Positions 44,324 through 53,620 of a stretch of DNA of 64,000 nt are shown here, piece after piece (position 1 is the first letter of the stretch; each line of letters begins with the position of its first letter). The translations under genes and the position numbers were made by a program. The notes under the pieces were generated by a model. It had not been told where the DNA came from. It saw only the letters and a list, made by a program, of their open reading frames with translations, and did not search any database. The DNA is from an uncultured Candidatus Rokubacteria bacterium (GTDB taxonomy: Bacteria; Methylomirabilota; Methylomirabilia; Rokubacteriales; CSP1-6), in assembly GCA_963754315.1 (NCBI GenBank), contig CAVWFS010000016.1:1-64000 (forward strand). The letters are read 5' to 3'.

Positions 44324-45559
44324 TTAATTGATGGTTATGTTTGTGCTAATATGGTAAGATAGAAGATAAAGATTGTTGTTGTTTTTTTGTTGTTGCGGTG
44401 TACGAGTGCCCTCCAGCTTGAGCTCCTTGAGGCGGGGATAGACCTCGCGCGTGAACATTTGCATGCCCTTCACGGTCTCTTCGTGTTCGAGGTAGCCCGC
44501 CTGTCCCATGATGAGCAGGTGGCCGAAGCCGCCCACGTGGTCGTACATCCTTCTGATCTGGCGGTACACCGCGTCGGGGTTGCCCGCGAAAACGAGGCCA
44601 CGCTCCATGTACTCGTCGAGGGGCGCGGGGTTCCTGAAGAGTCGGAAGATGCCGGCGCTGGCCGAACCCTTCATTGCGTTGACGGCGGAGGCGATCGGGT
44701 GATAGCCGGGAGGACTGGTGTATTGCGGGGGGACCTTGTTGGACTCGATGTACCACAAGAGCTTGCGGGCACCTGCGTAGCCTTCCTCGTCGGTCTCGCC
44801 CGTGTAAACCAGCGCTGCGTAGGCAAAACGGTCGAGAGCCGGAGCGGGTAGACCGCGCTCCGCGCGGCGATCGCGATAGGCCCCGAAGATGGCCTTGGTC
44901 CCATCCCACCCGGTCAGGAAGCAGGCCACGACGTAGCCCTTCTCGCCCACGTCGGCCGCGCTAGACGGGCTCAAGGCAGTGATCCAGATCGGCGGATGCG
45001 GCTCCTGGTACGGCCGTGGCCAGATGTTCACTTGTCGGTGGTGGAAGTACTTGCCCTCCCAGTTGAAGGGGCCGTCGTGGCTCGTCCACGCCTTGACGAT
45101 CAGATCGTGGGCTTCCCAGAAACGCTCCATCATGTGGGTCGGCCGATGGTTCCCGGCGGAGATCTCGTAGGGCACGCCGCGCACGAACCCGCACTCCAGG
45201 CGGCCGCGGGAGTAGACGTCGACCATCGCCATCTCTTCGGCCACCCGCACCGGCTCCTTGCGATTGGCGATCGGGTTGCCGAGGATCAGCAGGCGGGCCT
45301 TGCGGGTAACTCGCCCCAAGGTGCCCATGACCACCGCCGCGCTCGGGTTCAGGTTGGTGGCCGTCTGGTGGTGTTCGTTCACCATGATCTCGAGTCCGAG
45401 ATCCTCGGCGATCATCCACTCGTCGATGAAGCGGTGGTAGAGATCGGCGCCGAGCTTGGGGTCGTAATAGCGGTTGGGGAGATGAACCCGGATCGAGTCA
45501 TACACGCTGGGGTCGGGGAGTAGGTGATATGCGTTCTCGCTGAAGAACCAGGCCTGCAT
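44324..45559 (-). CDS. Luciferase-like flavin-dependent monooxygenase (LLM); C-terminal ~25 aa aberrant
   Basis: NEHHQT, PVRVAEEMAMVD..SRGRL..GFVRG, WPRPYQEPHPPIW. Confidence 0.9.
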   Translation of the reverse strand: MQAWFFSENAYHLLPDPSVYDSIRVHLPNRYYDPKLGADLYHRFIDEWMIAEDLGLEIMVNEHHQTATNLNPSAAVVMGTLGRVTRKARLLILGNPIANRKEPVRVAEEMAMVDVYSRGRLECGFVRGVPYEISAGNHRPTHMMERFWEAHDLIVKAWTSHDGPFNWEGKYFHHRQVNIWPRPYQEPHPPIWITALSPSSAADVGEKGYVVACFLTGWDGTKAIFGAYRDRRAERGLPAPALDRFAYAALVYTGETDEEGYAGARKLLWYIESNKVPPQYTSPPGYHPIASAVNAMKGSASAGIFRLFRNPAPLDEYMERGLVFAGNPDAVYRQIRRMYDHVGGFGHLLIMGQAGYLEHEETVKGMQMFTREVYPRLKELKLEGTRTPQQQKNNNNLYLLSYHISTNITIN

Positions 45560-46323
45560 TACGCCCTCCGCTCGACGAGGAATCGCCCGACGCGTTCCAC
45601 CAGCGCGCGCGGCTGCTCAAGATGTGGGAAATGCCCGGCCTCGTCGATTGTCTCCAGCCGGGCTCCCGGAATGGCCGCTCGATAGGCGTCCCCGTAGTAA
45701 CCCGCGGTCACGAAGCGATCGTCGGCACCCCAGAGCAGGAGTGTGGCCACGGTGATCCGCCGCAAACGGCGGCGTAGCTTCGGGTTGTGGAAGTACGGTT
45801 CCCATACGTACTGGGCCGTCGCTTCGCGATTGCGCGCGATGACGGTCAGCTGATCGTCTGACAGGGTCGTGGTGTCGAGGACTGCCCGCGCGGCATCACG
45901 ATACTGCAGCCGCGTGACGTCGTCCGGATGAAGGGCGAAGATGTCGGGAATGTCACGGGTCTCCCGATCTCCGACCTTGATGCCCATGGGAGCCACCAGA
46001 ACGAGGCCGGCCAGGCGGTCGGTACACTTGACTGCCATCTCGGCCGCGATCCATCCACCGAGCGAGGCGCCGATCACCACCACGTCGCGCAAATCACGTC
46101 CGGCCAGTAGGTCGAGGTAGAGATAGGATAGATCGTCGATCGTATCGACTCCGTCAATGTCCGGAGAATGACCGAAGCCCGGATGCGACGGGGCAAGCAC
46201 CTGGCCGTGCTCGGCCAGGAGGTCCAGAAAGGCGTCGTCCGGCCGGAGGCCCTCTTCGCCGTGAAGCCACAAAAGTGGCTGGCCCCGCCCGCGCTCGACG
46301 TGTTCGAGGGTGACGTCGGGAAT
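45559..46323 (-). CDS. Alpha/beta-fold hydrolase
   Basis: WLHGEEG, HPGFG, GASLG nucleophile, WGADD, AGHFPHLEQP; frame extends to an ATT overlapping the upstream TAA. Confidence 0.85.
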   Translation of the reverse strand: MPDVTLEHVERGRGQPLLWLHGEEGLRPDDAFLDLLAEHGQVLAPSHPGFGHSPDIDGVDTIDDLSYLYLDLLAGRDLRDVVVIGASLGGWIAAEMAVKCTDRLAGLVLVAPMGIKVGDRETRDIPDIFALHPDDVTRLQYRDAARAVLDTTTLSDDQLTVIARNREATAQYVWEPYFHNPKLRRRLRRITVATLLLWGADDRFVTAGYYGDAYRAAIPGARLETIDEAGHFPHLEQPRALVERVGRFLVERRA

Positions 46324-47396
46324 TAAGCCGCCCTCCGCGTATGCGCGCCGGCGAAAGCCGACGCGACCTCACTCATGAACCGATGCATCTCCTCCTTGAC
46401 CTGGGTGTGCGGCTTCAGGCCGACGTTGAAATAGAGGATCACCTCGGCAAAGCCGGCCGCCTCGACCTTCTTCAGGGTGTCGGTGATCTGCGCGGCCGAG
46501 CCGAGGAGGACCGAGTTCTCGGTGAGGTCCTCGGGCTTCACCTGGTGCAGACGCTCGACCATGGCGACAAAGTATCGATAGCTGGGCGGCGCTGTCTTCG
46601 GATCACCCGGCAAGGCCGGGATGACGCATTCTTTGTAATAGCGGATCTGGCGCGCCCGCTGCGCAGCTTCCTCCTCCTTGCTGTCGGCAAAGTGGATGAA
46701 GTAGCTGCACATCAGGCGCCCGGGGGTAGTGCCGTGCTTGGCGCAGGCGTCGTGGTAGAGGTCGGCGACCTGCTTGAGACCGCCATAGCTCATGGCTGCC
46801 GCGAACGGCGCGACGATCAGCCCGCACCCGAGGCGGGCGGCCAGCTCGATGGACGGCTCGGAGAACGAGGCGACGTACACCGGCAGCGGCCGCTGCACCG
46901 GCTTCGGGGTGATAGAGACGTTCTCGAACGAATAGTGCGTCCCGTGGTGAGAAAGGGGGCCGTCAGCGGCCCACAGACGGCGGACGACCTCCATGCCTTC
47001 CTCGAAAAGGCCCTGATTGTCCTCGAACGACACCTTGAAGGGTTGGTACTCGCGCCGATCGTAGCCGCGGCCGGCCGCGAACTCGACGCGGCCTCCGCTC
47101 AGCAGATCGAGCGTGGCCCACTGTTCGGCCACGCGGATGGGATGATGCAGCGGCAGCACGGTGACGGCCGGGGCGAGCCGGATGTGGCGGGTGCGAGCCG
47201 CGACGTACGACAGCACGAGGTCGGGGCAGGAGAGGACGCCAAGCGAGCTGAAGTGGTGCTCGCCGATCCAGGCCGAGTGCATGCGAAGCTCTTCCGCGTA
47301 GAGCGCCTCGGCGGTGATGTCGGCCACGAACTGATTGGCCGGTCTGGTGTTGTTCAGGTAGTGGTTGTCGCTGAGCGTGAAATAGCCAAAGTCCAT
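46323..47396 (-). CDS. Luciferase-like flavin-dependent monooxygenase (LLM)
   Basis: WIGEHHF, PLHHPIRVAEQWATLDLLSGGRV..GRG, PKPVQRP. Confidence 0.9.
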   Translation of the reverse strand: MDFGYFTLSDNHYLNNTRPANQFVADITAEALYAEELRMHSAWIGEHHFSSLGVLSCPDLVLSYVAARTRHIRLAPAVTVLPLHHPIRVAEQWATLDLLSGGRVEFAAGRGYDRREYQPFKVSFEDNQGLFEEGMEVVRRLWAADGPLSHHGTHYSFENVSITPKPVQRPLPVYVASFSEPSIELAARLGCGLIVAPFAAAMSYGGLKQVADLYHDACAKHGTTPGRLMCSYFIHFADSKEEEAAQRARQIRYYKECVIPALPGDPKTAPPSYRYFVAMVERLHQVKPEDLTENSVLLGSAAQITDTLKKVEAAGFAEVILYFNVGLKPHTQVKEEMHRFMSEVASAFAGAHTRRAA

Positions 47397-47560
47397 ACGC
47401 CCTCGCGCGGCCTCCGTCGTGGCTCGGTACCCGAGCATACGCTCAAGGCGCTTTGGGAGCCAGAGCGAAGGGGCCGACCGCTCCGGCATCGGCGCCAGGA
47501 GCGGGCGAGGCGCGCTCGGGTGTTCTATGATGCCGGAGCGAGACAGGGTGAGGAGGGAAT

Positions 47561-48610
47561 ATGCCGAACATTGGTGCCGATGACTTGACCGCATTTGCCG
47601 TCGCCGTTTACGAGGCGGCGGGGACACCGGTGAGCCATGCGCGAATCGTAGCCGCCCACCAGGTCGGTGCCAACCTGGTCGGGCACGACTCGCATGGCGT
47701 AGTGCTGCTGCCGACCTATGTCGATCGCATCGACCGCGGCCACATCATGCCGGCGGCGCGCCCCGACGTCCTGAGCGAGTCTGCGGCGACCCTGGCCGTG
47801 AACGGGCGGTGGGGATTCGGCCCCGTCGTCTCAGAGTGGACGATGGAACGACTCATCGCCAAGGCCGGCCAGACTCAGCTAGCCGCTGGGACGGTTCGTG
47901 AGCAAAGCCACGTCGGTCGGCTCGCCGACTATCCATTGATGGCCGCGCGGGCGGGGTTTATCGGACTCATGATGGCCGACTCCGGGCAGAGTCCGAAGGC
48001 GGTTGCCCCCTTTGGCGGTCGTGAGGCTCGCCTCGGCACTAATCCCATCTGCATTGCGTTTCCGAGCGACCTGCCTGGCCCAGTCTTCATCGACATGGCG
48101 ACCAGCGCCGTCGCCGCCGGCAAGCTGAATCTGGCGCGCGCCCAAGGGAAGCCGATCCCGCTCGGCTGGCTCCTCGACCGGGATGGCAAACCGACCACCA
48201 ATCCCAACGCGCAGCTCGAGGGTGGCGTGATGCTGCCCCTCGGCGGCCCGGAAGGGCACAAGGGCTATGGGTTATCCTTCGCGGTGGAGACGTTGGCATC
48301 GGTGCTTCCCGGCCTCGGCTTCGGCGTCGACCCCAAGGGGCGCCACAACGACGGGACCTTCATGCTGGTGGTCGATCCGCGGGCGTTCTCGCCCACCGAC
48401 TTCAAGGTCGAGGTAGAGGCATTCGTGCGGTACCTCAAGGCGACGCCGCCCGCCGAAGGGTTCGAGGAAGTGCTCTACCCCGGCGAGATCGAGTACCGTA
48501 CCGAGCAGCGTCGTCGTCGGGAGGGCATCCCCATCGAAGCCGCGACCTGGGCGCGCCTCGGCCAGATCGCCACTCGCTTCGGCCTGCTCCCTCTGCGCGC
48601 GCTCGCCTGA
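47561..48610 (+). CDS. Ldh_2 family (type 2 malate/L-lactate/sulfolactate) oxidoreductase
   Basis: GHDSHGV, HVGRL, PFGG..LGTNP, DMATS, GHKGYG, YPGE. Confidence 0.9.
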   Translation: MPNIGADDLTAFAVAVYEAAGTPVSHARIVAAHQVGANLVGHDSHGVVLLPTYVDRIDRGHIMPAARPDVLSESAATLAVNGRWGFGPVVSEWTMERLIAKAGQTQLAAGTVREQSHVGRLADYPLMAARAGFIGLMMADSGQSPKAVAPFGGREARLGTNPICIAFPSDLPGPVFIDMATSAVAAGKLNLARAQGKPIPLGWLLDRDGKPTTNPNAQLEGGVMLPLGGPEGHKGYGLSFAVETLASVLPGLGFGVDPKGRHNDGTFMLVVDPRAFSPTDFKVEVEAFVRYLKATPPAEGFEEVLYPGEIEYRTEQRRRREGIPIEAATWARLGQIATRFGLLPLRALA

Positions 48611-48710
48611 GCGCGAGGCCTGAGATCGCCCCAGGGTGCGGGTGGGCAGTCTTACTCAGGGGTCCGTGTACTTACGAATTCCACACCACCTCTTCGGCAA
48701 GGAGGTCGCC

Positions 48711-49889
48711 ATGCACGAGATCGACCCTAGCCATGAGAGCTCTGCGCACGGAGCCATGACTCGGCGGGGTTTCATGATCGCCACCGGAATGACGGTGCTG
48801 GCGGCCGGAGTGAGCTCGGCCACAGGGCAGACACCCGCTACGCCCCCACCGGTGATCCCCGGGAAAGAGAAGCTGATCGTCCGTAGCTCCCGCCCCATCA
48901 ATCTCGAAACCCCCCTCGCTGAGCTGACGTCGTACGACACCCCGGACGGACTCTTCTTCGTCCGCAACAACCTCGAGGCTCCCCGTATCGATCCGGCACA
49001 GTGGGTGCTTCGGATCGAAGGCGAAGTGGATCAGCCGCTGATGCTGCGTCTGGACGACCTCCGAAAGCTGCCCCTGGTGACCGAGGATGCCGTCCTCGAG
49101 TGCGCCGGGAACGGCCGCGCCTTCCACCGGCCGCGCGCTTCGGGCATCCAATGGGAGTATGGCGCTGTCGGCAACCAGTCGTGGACGGGCGTACGACTCG
49201 CCGACGTCCTGGCCATGGCGAAGGTCCGAACAACAGGCCGCCATGTGGCCTTCGACGGCGCCGACAAGCCACCAACCCCACAGGCGCCGGACTTCATCAG
49301 GAGCATTCCCCTGTGGAAGGCGTGGGACTCGCACACCATCATCGCGCTCGAGATGGGAGGCCAGCCGCTGCCGCACCTGCACGGGGGGCCGGCCCGCGTA
49401 CTGGTGCCCGGCTTCGTGGGTTCGGCCTCCATCAAATGGGTCGAGCGGATCACGCTTCTACCCGAGGAGTTCGATGGGTTCTACATGAAGTCGAACTATA
49501 CGGCGCCGCGCGTCGACAACGACAAGGAGCTCTACTCGCTTCAGTCACTCGAAGTGAAGTCGATCATCGTGAGTCCGGCCGAGGGCAGCCGCCTGCGCGC
49601 TGGTTCAACGACGGTCTGGGGCTGGGCGTGGTCTGGTGAAGGAGAACTGACGGGAATCGATCTTTCCACGGACGGCGGGCAAACCTGGAGGGCGGCGAAG
49701 TTCGTCGGTCCCTGGCAGCGCTACTCCTGGCGGAAGTGGGAGTACGGCTGGGACGCCGCACCAGGGCCCCACAGTCTGATGGCTCGCGCCACCGACAGCC
49801 TCGGCCGCGTCCAGCCAGCCAGTCGTGCCCACAACCGGCTCGGCTACCGCTGGAACGTCATCCATGCCGTCAAGGTCGACGTGGCGTAG
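48711..49889 (+). CDS. Tat-exported sulfite oxidase family molybdoenzyme (SorA/SorT-like)
   Basis: TRRGFM Tat motif, FFVRN, Mo-ligand ECAGNGR, HGGPAR..PG, KW, C-terminal dimerisation domain; AAGGAGG SD. Confidence 0.9.
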   Translation: MHEIDPSHESSAHGAMTRRGFMIATGMTVLAAGVSSATGQTPATPPPVIPGKEKLIVRSSRPINLETPLAELTSYDTPDGLFFVRNNLEAPRIDPAQWVLRIEGEVDQPLMLRLDDLRKLPLVTEDAVLECAGNGRAFHRPRASGIQWEYGAVGNQSWTGVRLADVLAMAKVRTTGRHVAFDGADKPPTPQAPDFIRSIPLWKAWDSHTIIALEMGGQPLPHLHGGPARVLVPGFVGSASIKWVERITLLPEEFDGFYMKSNYTAPRVDNDKELYSLQSLEVKSIIVSPAEGSRLRAGSTTVWGWAWSGEGELTGIDLSTDGGQTWRAAKFVGPWQRYSWRKWEYGWDAAPGPHSLMARATDSLGRVQPASRAHNRLGYRWNVIHAVKVDVA

Positions 49890-50178
49890 TTCGGCGCTGG
49901 TGGCCGTCATTGCGCTCGGCGCCGTGGCGGCCCCTGTTCCCCTTTCCATCCCCTCGGCCCAGGAGGTTCCGATCCCCCAGACCCCGGGATGGGAGCTGAT
50001 CATGCGTTGTGTGATTTGCCACAGCGTGGAGATCGCCGTGCAGCAGCGCCTCGGGCCCCAGGGCTGGTCGGAGACACTCGACCGTATGATCAAGTACGGC
50101 GCCCCGATTCCGCCCGACGACAAGAAGATGCTCATGACGTATCTGCTTCGCCACTACCGTGATCCGGACGGGCGCTGA
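49864..50178 (+). CDS. Small c-type cytochrome (SorB-like partner)
   Basis: Signal peptide, CVICH heme motif, W..T..RM..YGA. Confidence 0.85.
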   Translation: MPSRSTWRSSALVAVIALGAVAAPVPLSIPSAQEVPIPQTPGWELIMRCVICHSVEIAVQQRLGPQGWSETLDRMIKYGAPIPPDDKKMLMTYLLRHYRDPDGR

Positions 50179-50384
50179 GCCCACGTGCGCTCGTTGAAGA
50201 CGCTAGCCCTCTCGCTCGCTGGTTTCGTCATCCGCCTCGGCCTACCACCCTCGGCCTCCCCCGAAGGCTCGTAATCGTCGGGTTGCCCTTCTCTTGGTGC
50301 TGGTGCCGCGTCGGATTGCAGGGGGGCTAAGTCCTTGTCCTGTAGGACGTGGACGAACCGATCGCGACCTTGAATCGCGCCTGG

Positions 50385-50419
50385 GGCCACATAGATGCCG
50401 GTGGCGCCGCAATGTAGCC
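50385..50419. promoter_or_regulatory. Candidate upstream activator site for the sigma54 promoter
   Basis: Imperfect inverted repeat GGCCACAT...ATGTAGCC, ~70-105 nt upstream of the predicted start site. Confidence 0.35.
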
Positions 50420-50463
50420 TTGCGCCCTCGGGCGAAAACCCAGCGTATTGGGTGTCTGTGCCA

Positions 50464-50478
50464 TGGCATGCCCCTTGC
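50464..50478 (+). promoter_or_regulatory. Sigma54 (-24/-12) promoter
   Basis: TGGCATG-CCCC-TTGC versus consensus TGGCACG-N4-TTGC, with exact GG-N10-GC spacing; a GAFTGA activator ends the operon. Confidence 0.75.
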
Positions 50479-50495
50479 CCTATCCCCAGCTGACT

Positions 50496-51554
50496 ATGAG
50501 CATCCCTGACCGCGTTCTCATCGGAGTCGACGTGGGGTGTACGACCACGTCCGCAGCGCTCGTCACTGCCGACGGGACTATCCTCTCGGTGGTTCTGGCT
50601 GCCACCGGGCTCGGGTCCGGAACTGCCGCCGATACCGTGCTGGGCCTTATCGGCAAACTCTGCGCTGAGGCTCATGCCCGCAACCTCACGGTCGAGGGGG
50701 TGGGACTGGGACTGCCTGGGCTCGTGGACGTTGACCGCGGCATGCTGCAGAGCTCGGCCGGCGCCTACCTGGCGGATTTCCATGGGATCCCGCTCGCCGA
50801 GCGCATCTCCGCCAAGACTGGCGTCGCCACCGTCGTGGACAATGACGTGAATGCCCTTGCGCTCGGCGAATGGATGTTCGGCCACGCGCGCGGTACCCGC
50901 TCTTGCGTTGTCTTCGCCGTTGGCAGCGGCGCCGGCGCGGGCATCATTCTCGAGGGCTGCCTCGTTCGAGGCAAGAGCGGATATGCGGGCGAGTTCGGTC
51001 ACATTCCGATCGATTTCAATGGTCCGCCGTGCCCGTGTGGGGGACGGGGTTGCCTCGGTTTGTACGTCTGCGGACAATTCCTGGCCAAGGAGGCGCAGGA
51101 TCGCGTGACCCGCGAACCCTCGTCGCTCCTCGCCTTAGCGAGAGGCGACGCGAGGGCCATTACGACGGAGAGCATCTTCGAGGCGGCGGCGGCCGGGGAC
51201 TCGATGGCGCGGAGCATGGTGGACCGAGCATGCCGCGCTCTCGGTGCGGGCCTCGCCACCATCGTGAATGGCCTGAACCCGGAGATGGTGATCGTCACCG
51301 GCGGCGTGACCAAGTCGCTGCTACCTCTCGAGGGTGATATCCTCCGGCGGACCGGTGAATACGCCCTGGCCGAAGCTCTGGCCAGCACGCGCATCCTCCT
51401 GGTACCGGGCCACAAGAGCCAGACGGCACGCGGGGGCGCAGCCCTCTTCCTCTACGAGCGTGCCCGGCGCGTCACTGGGCACCGCGCCGCACGAGTCAAC
51501 GCACGCCAGCGGCCTCTTCGACATCCTTGTTTCCCAGCGACCGGGGGTGAGTGA
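50496..51554 (+). CDS. ROK family sugar kinase
   Basis: IGVDVGCT, GLPGLVD, NDVNALALGE, AGEFGH, CPCGGRGC zinc motif, LNPE..GG. Confidence 0.88.
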   Translation: MSIPDRVLIGVDVGCTTTSAALVTADGTILSVVLAATGLGSGTAADTVLGLIGKLCAEAHARNLTVEGVGLGLPGLVDVDRGMLQSSAGAYLADFHGIPLAERISAKTGVATVVDNDVNALALGEWMFGHARGTRSCVVFAVGSGAGAGIILEGCLVRGKSGYAGEFGHIPIDFNGPPCPCGGRGCLGLYVCGQFLAKEAQDRVTREPSSLLALARGDARAITTESIFEAAAAGDSMARSMVDRACRALGAGLATIVNGLNPEMVIVTGGVTKSLLPLEGDILRRTGEYALAEALASTRILLVPGHKSQTARGGAALFLYERARRVTGHRAARVNARQRPLRHPCFPATGGE

Positions 51555-53602
51555 TGTACGTCTCGCGTGATGGGGTCAAACTCTTCTACCAGGTAACGGG
51601 CAGCGGCAGTCGCGACCTGTTCCTCCTGCCCCAGTGCCAGCCGGTGACGTACAGTCGTCAGTGGAAGAATCAGGTCCCGTACCTGTCCCGCTATTTCCGG
51701 GTAGCCACGATGGACCTTCGAGGTAACGGGCGCTCGGACCGGCCGGCAACCGGATACGACCTCGACAGCCGCTACCACGACTTTCTCGGGGTCATCGAGG
51801 CGGTGGTGCGGCGGCCCTTCGCCCTGGTGGCCTACGCTTGCTCCTCGCTGCTTGCCGTGCGTTACGCGGTCGACCACCCGGGGTGCCTGTCGCATCTCGT
51901 GCTCCTTAGCGGTCAATACGCCGAGTCGGTGCCGCAGCCGTTCGACGAGAAGGTCGCGCCCGTTATCCGCAACGACTTCGAGTCCTGGCAGAGCCGGCTG
52001 TTCGCCCGTTGCCTCCCCGAACCGCACTCCTTGAAAGGGATCGAGGACTGCATCGGCTGGACACACGAGACCACACCCGACGTCCTCGTCGAGTCGCTCC
52101 GTGCGATCGATGGCTCGAACGTCTACGACATGCTTTCGAAGATCCAGGTGCCGACTCTTACGCTCCACGGCACGCTCGACAAGATCGTGCCCTACACCCA
52201 CGCTCAGAAGCTGGTGGCGGCCATTCCCGACGCGCGTCTGGTGACCTTCGAGGGTGCCGGCCACATTCTGCACGGTCGGCACGCCGTCAAGGTCAACCAT
52301 ATGATCCGCGAGTTCGTGCTGGACCGCCCCGTGGGAGCTCACTCGATCCCGAGCACCACCGAGCGCCAGACGGCAGCCAGGCCGCCGCGGCGAACGGCAG
52401 CCCGGCGCGTCCTCTGGCTCTCCAGCCCCATCGGCCTCGGTCACATCCAGCGGGATCTGGCCATTGCCAAGAAGCTCCGCGAGATCGTTCCCGACACGAC
52501 GGTGGATTTTCTCGCCGCCGATCCCGCCGATCGAGTGGTGCAGGCCTGGGGTGAGCGCCTGCATCCGGCCACCCGGCTCCTGCTGAACGAAAGCGCGCAC
52601 GTGGAGGGGTGGGGTGGCGACCACGAGCTGCACGCGTTCAACGCAATCTGGGACATGGACGAGATCATGGCCGCCAACTTCATGACATTCGCCGACGTCG
52701 TGGAGCGCGAGCCGTACGACCTCTGGGTGGGCGACGAGGGCTGGGACCTCGACTATTTCCTGCACGAGAATCCCGAGCTGAAGCGGGCGCCCTACGCGTT
52801 CATCACCGACTTCATCGGGATGCTCCCCATGCGTGACGACCCGACCTCGGTCGAGTTCAAGCGCGCGTGGGACAAGAACGCCGAGAACATCGACCACCTG
52901 CGCTTCCATCCCGACGTGCGCGATCTCTCCCTCATGGTGGGCGATGAGGACGACGTGCTGGACCGTGAGTTTGGTCCAGACTTGCCCAATATGCGCCAGT
53001 GGGCGCGCGAGCACTTTGGCTTCTCTGGGTACACCTATCATTTCGATCCGGCGCAGTACCGCGACAAGGCAGCCCTCCGCGCCGAGCTTGGCTTCCGAGA
53101 GGACGAGCGAGTCGTCCTCGTTTCGGTCGGCGGTACTCGCGTGGGTCGGAACCTGCTCAGGAAGTGTGCCGAGGCGTTCTCTCTGATCGCCGACAAGGTT
53201 CCCGACACGAGGATGCTCCTGGTGGCCGGGCCCCGCCTGGCGCCCGAGGAGCTGCCGGGCGGGCCGCGGATCGACGTGCGCCCGTTCGTGCCCAACCTGT
53301 TCCGTCACCACGCGGCGGCTCATCTTGCCATCGTCCAGGGGGGACTCACGACGACCATGGAGCTGGCGGCCGTGCAGACACCATTCCTGTATTTCCCCCT
53401 GCGCAACCATTTCGAACAGAACTTCCACGTCGCCCGGCGCCTGGATCGGCTAGGCGCCGGGGTTCGCATGGACTACGACCGGACCAGCGTGGAGGAGTTG
53501 GCGGCTGCCATGCTCCACCATCTGGACAAGCCGGTTCAGTACCGGGCTGCTCCGACGGGTGGAACCGAGCGTGCGGCCCGGATGATCGCCAACCTGCTCT
53601 AA
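51551..53602 (+). CDS. Alpha/beta hydrolase-fold plus GT-B glycosyltransferase fusion protein
   Basis: N-terminal DLRGNGRSD, HGTLD, GAGH; C-terminal SPIGLGH..RD, VGG, QGGLTTTMEL, P..HFEQ. Confidence 0.85.
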   Translation: MMYVSRDGVKLFYQVTGSGSRDLFLLPQCQPVTYSRQWKNQVPYLSRYFRVATMDLRGNGRSDRPATGYDLDSRYHDFLGVIEAVVRRPFALVAYACSSLLAVRYAVDHPGCLSHLVLLSGQYAESVPQPFDEKVAPVIRNDFESWQSRLFARCLPEPHSLKGIEDCIGWTHETTPDVLVESLRAIDGSNVYDMLSKIQVPTLTLHGTLDKIVPYTHAQKLVAAIPDARLVTFEGAGHILHGRHAVKVNHMIREFVLDRPVGAHSIPSTTERQTAARPPRRTAARRVLWLSSPIGLGHIQRDLAIAKKLREIVPDTTVDFLAADPADRVVQAWGERLHPATRLLLNESAHVEGWGGDHELHAFNAIWDMDEIMAANFMTFADVVEREPYDLWVGDEGWDLDYFLHENPELKRAPYAFITDFIGMLPMRDDPTSVEFKRAWDKNAENIDHLRFHPDVRDLSLMVGDEDDVLDREFGPDLPNMRQWAREHFGFSGYTYHFDPAQYRDKAALRAELGFREDERVVLVSVGGTRVGRNLLRKCAEAFSLIADKVPDTRMLLVAGPRLAPEELPGGPRIDVRPFVPNLFRHHAAAHLAIVQGGLTTTMELAAVQTPFLYFPLRNHFEQNFHVARRLDRLGAGVRMDYDRTSVEELAAAMLHHLDKPVQYRAAPTGGTERAARMIANLL

Positions 53603-53620
53603 TCCCGAGGAGGACGACAC

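Noticed and set aside
44370..44396. TTG-rich run as a sequencing adapter or microsatellite
   Set aside because: Lacks the other segments of the adapters I know; graded C-to-T changes in both flanking genes explain it better, though an artifact is not excluded
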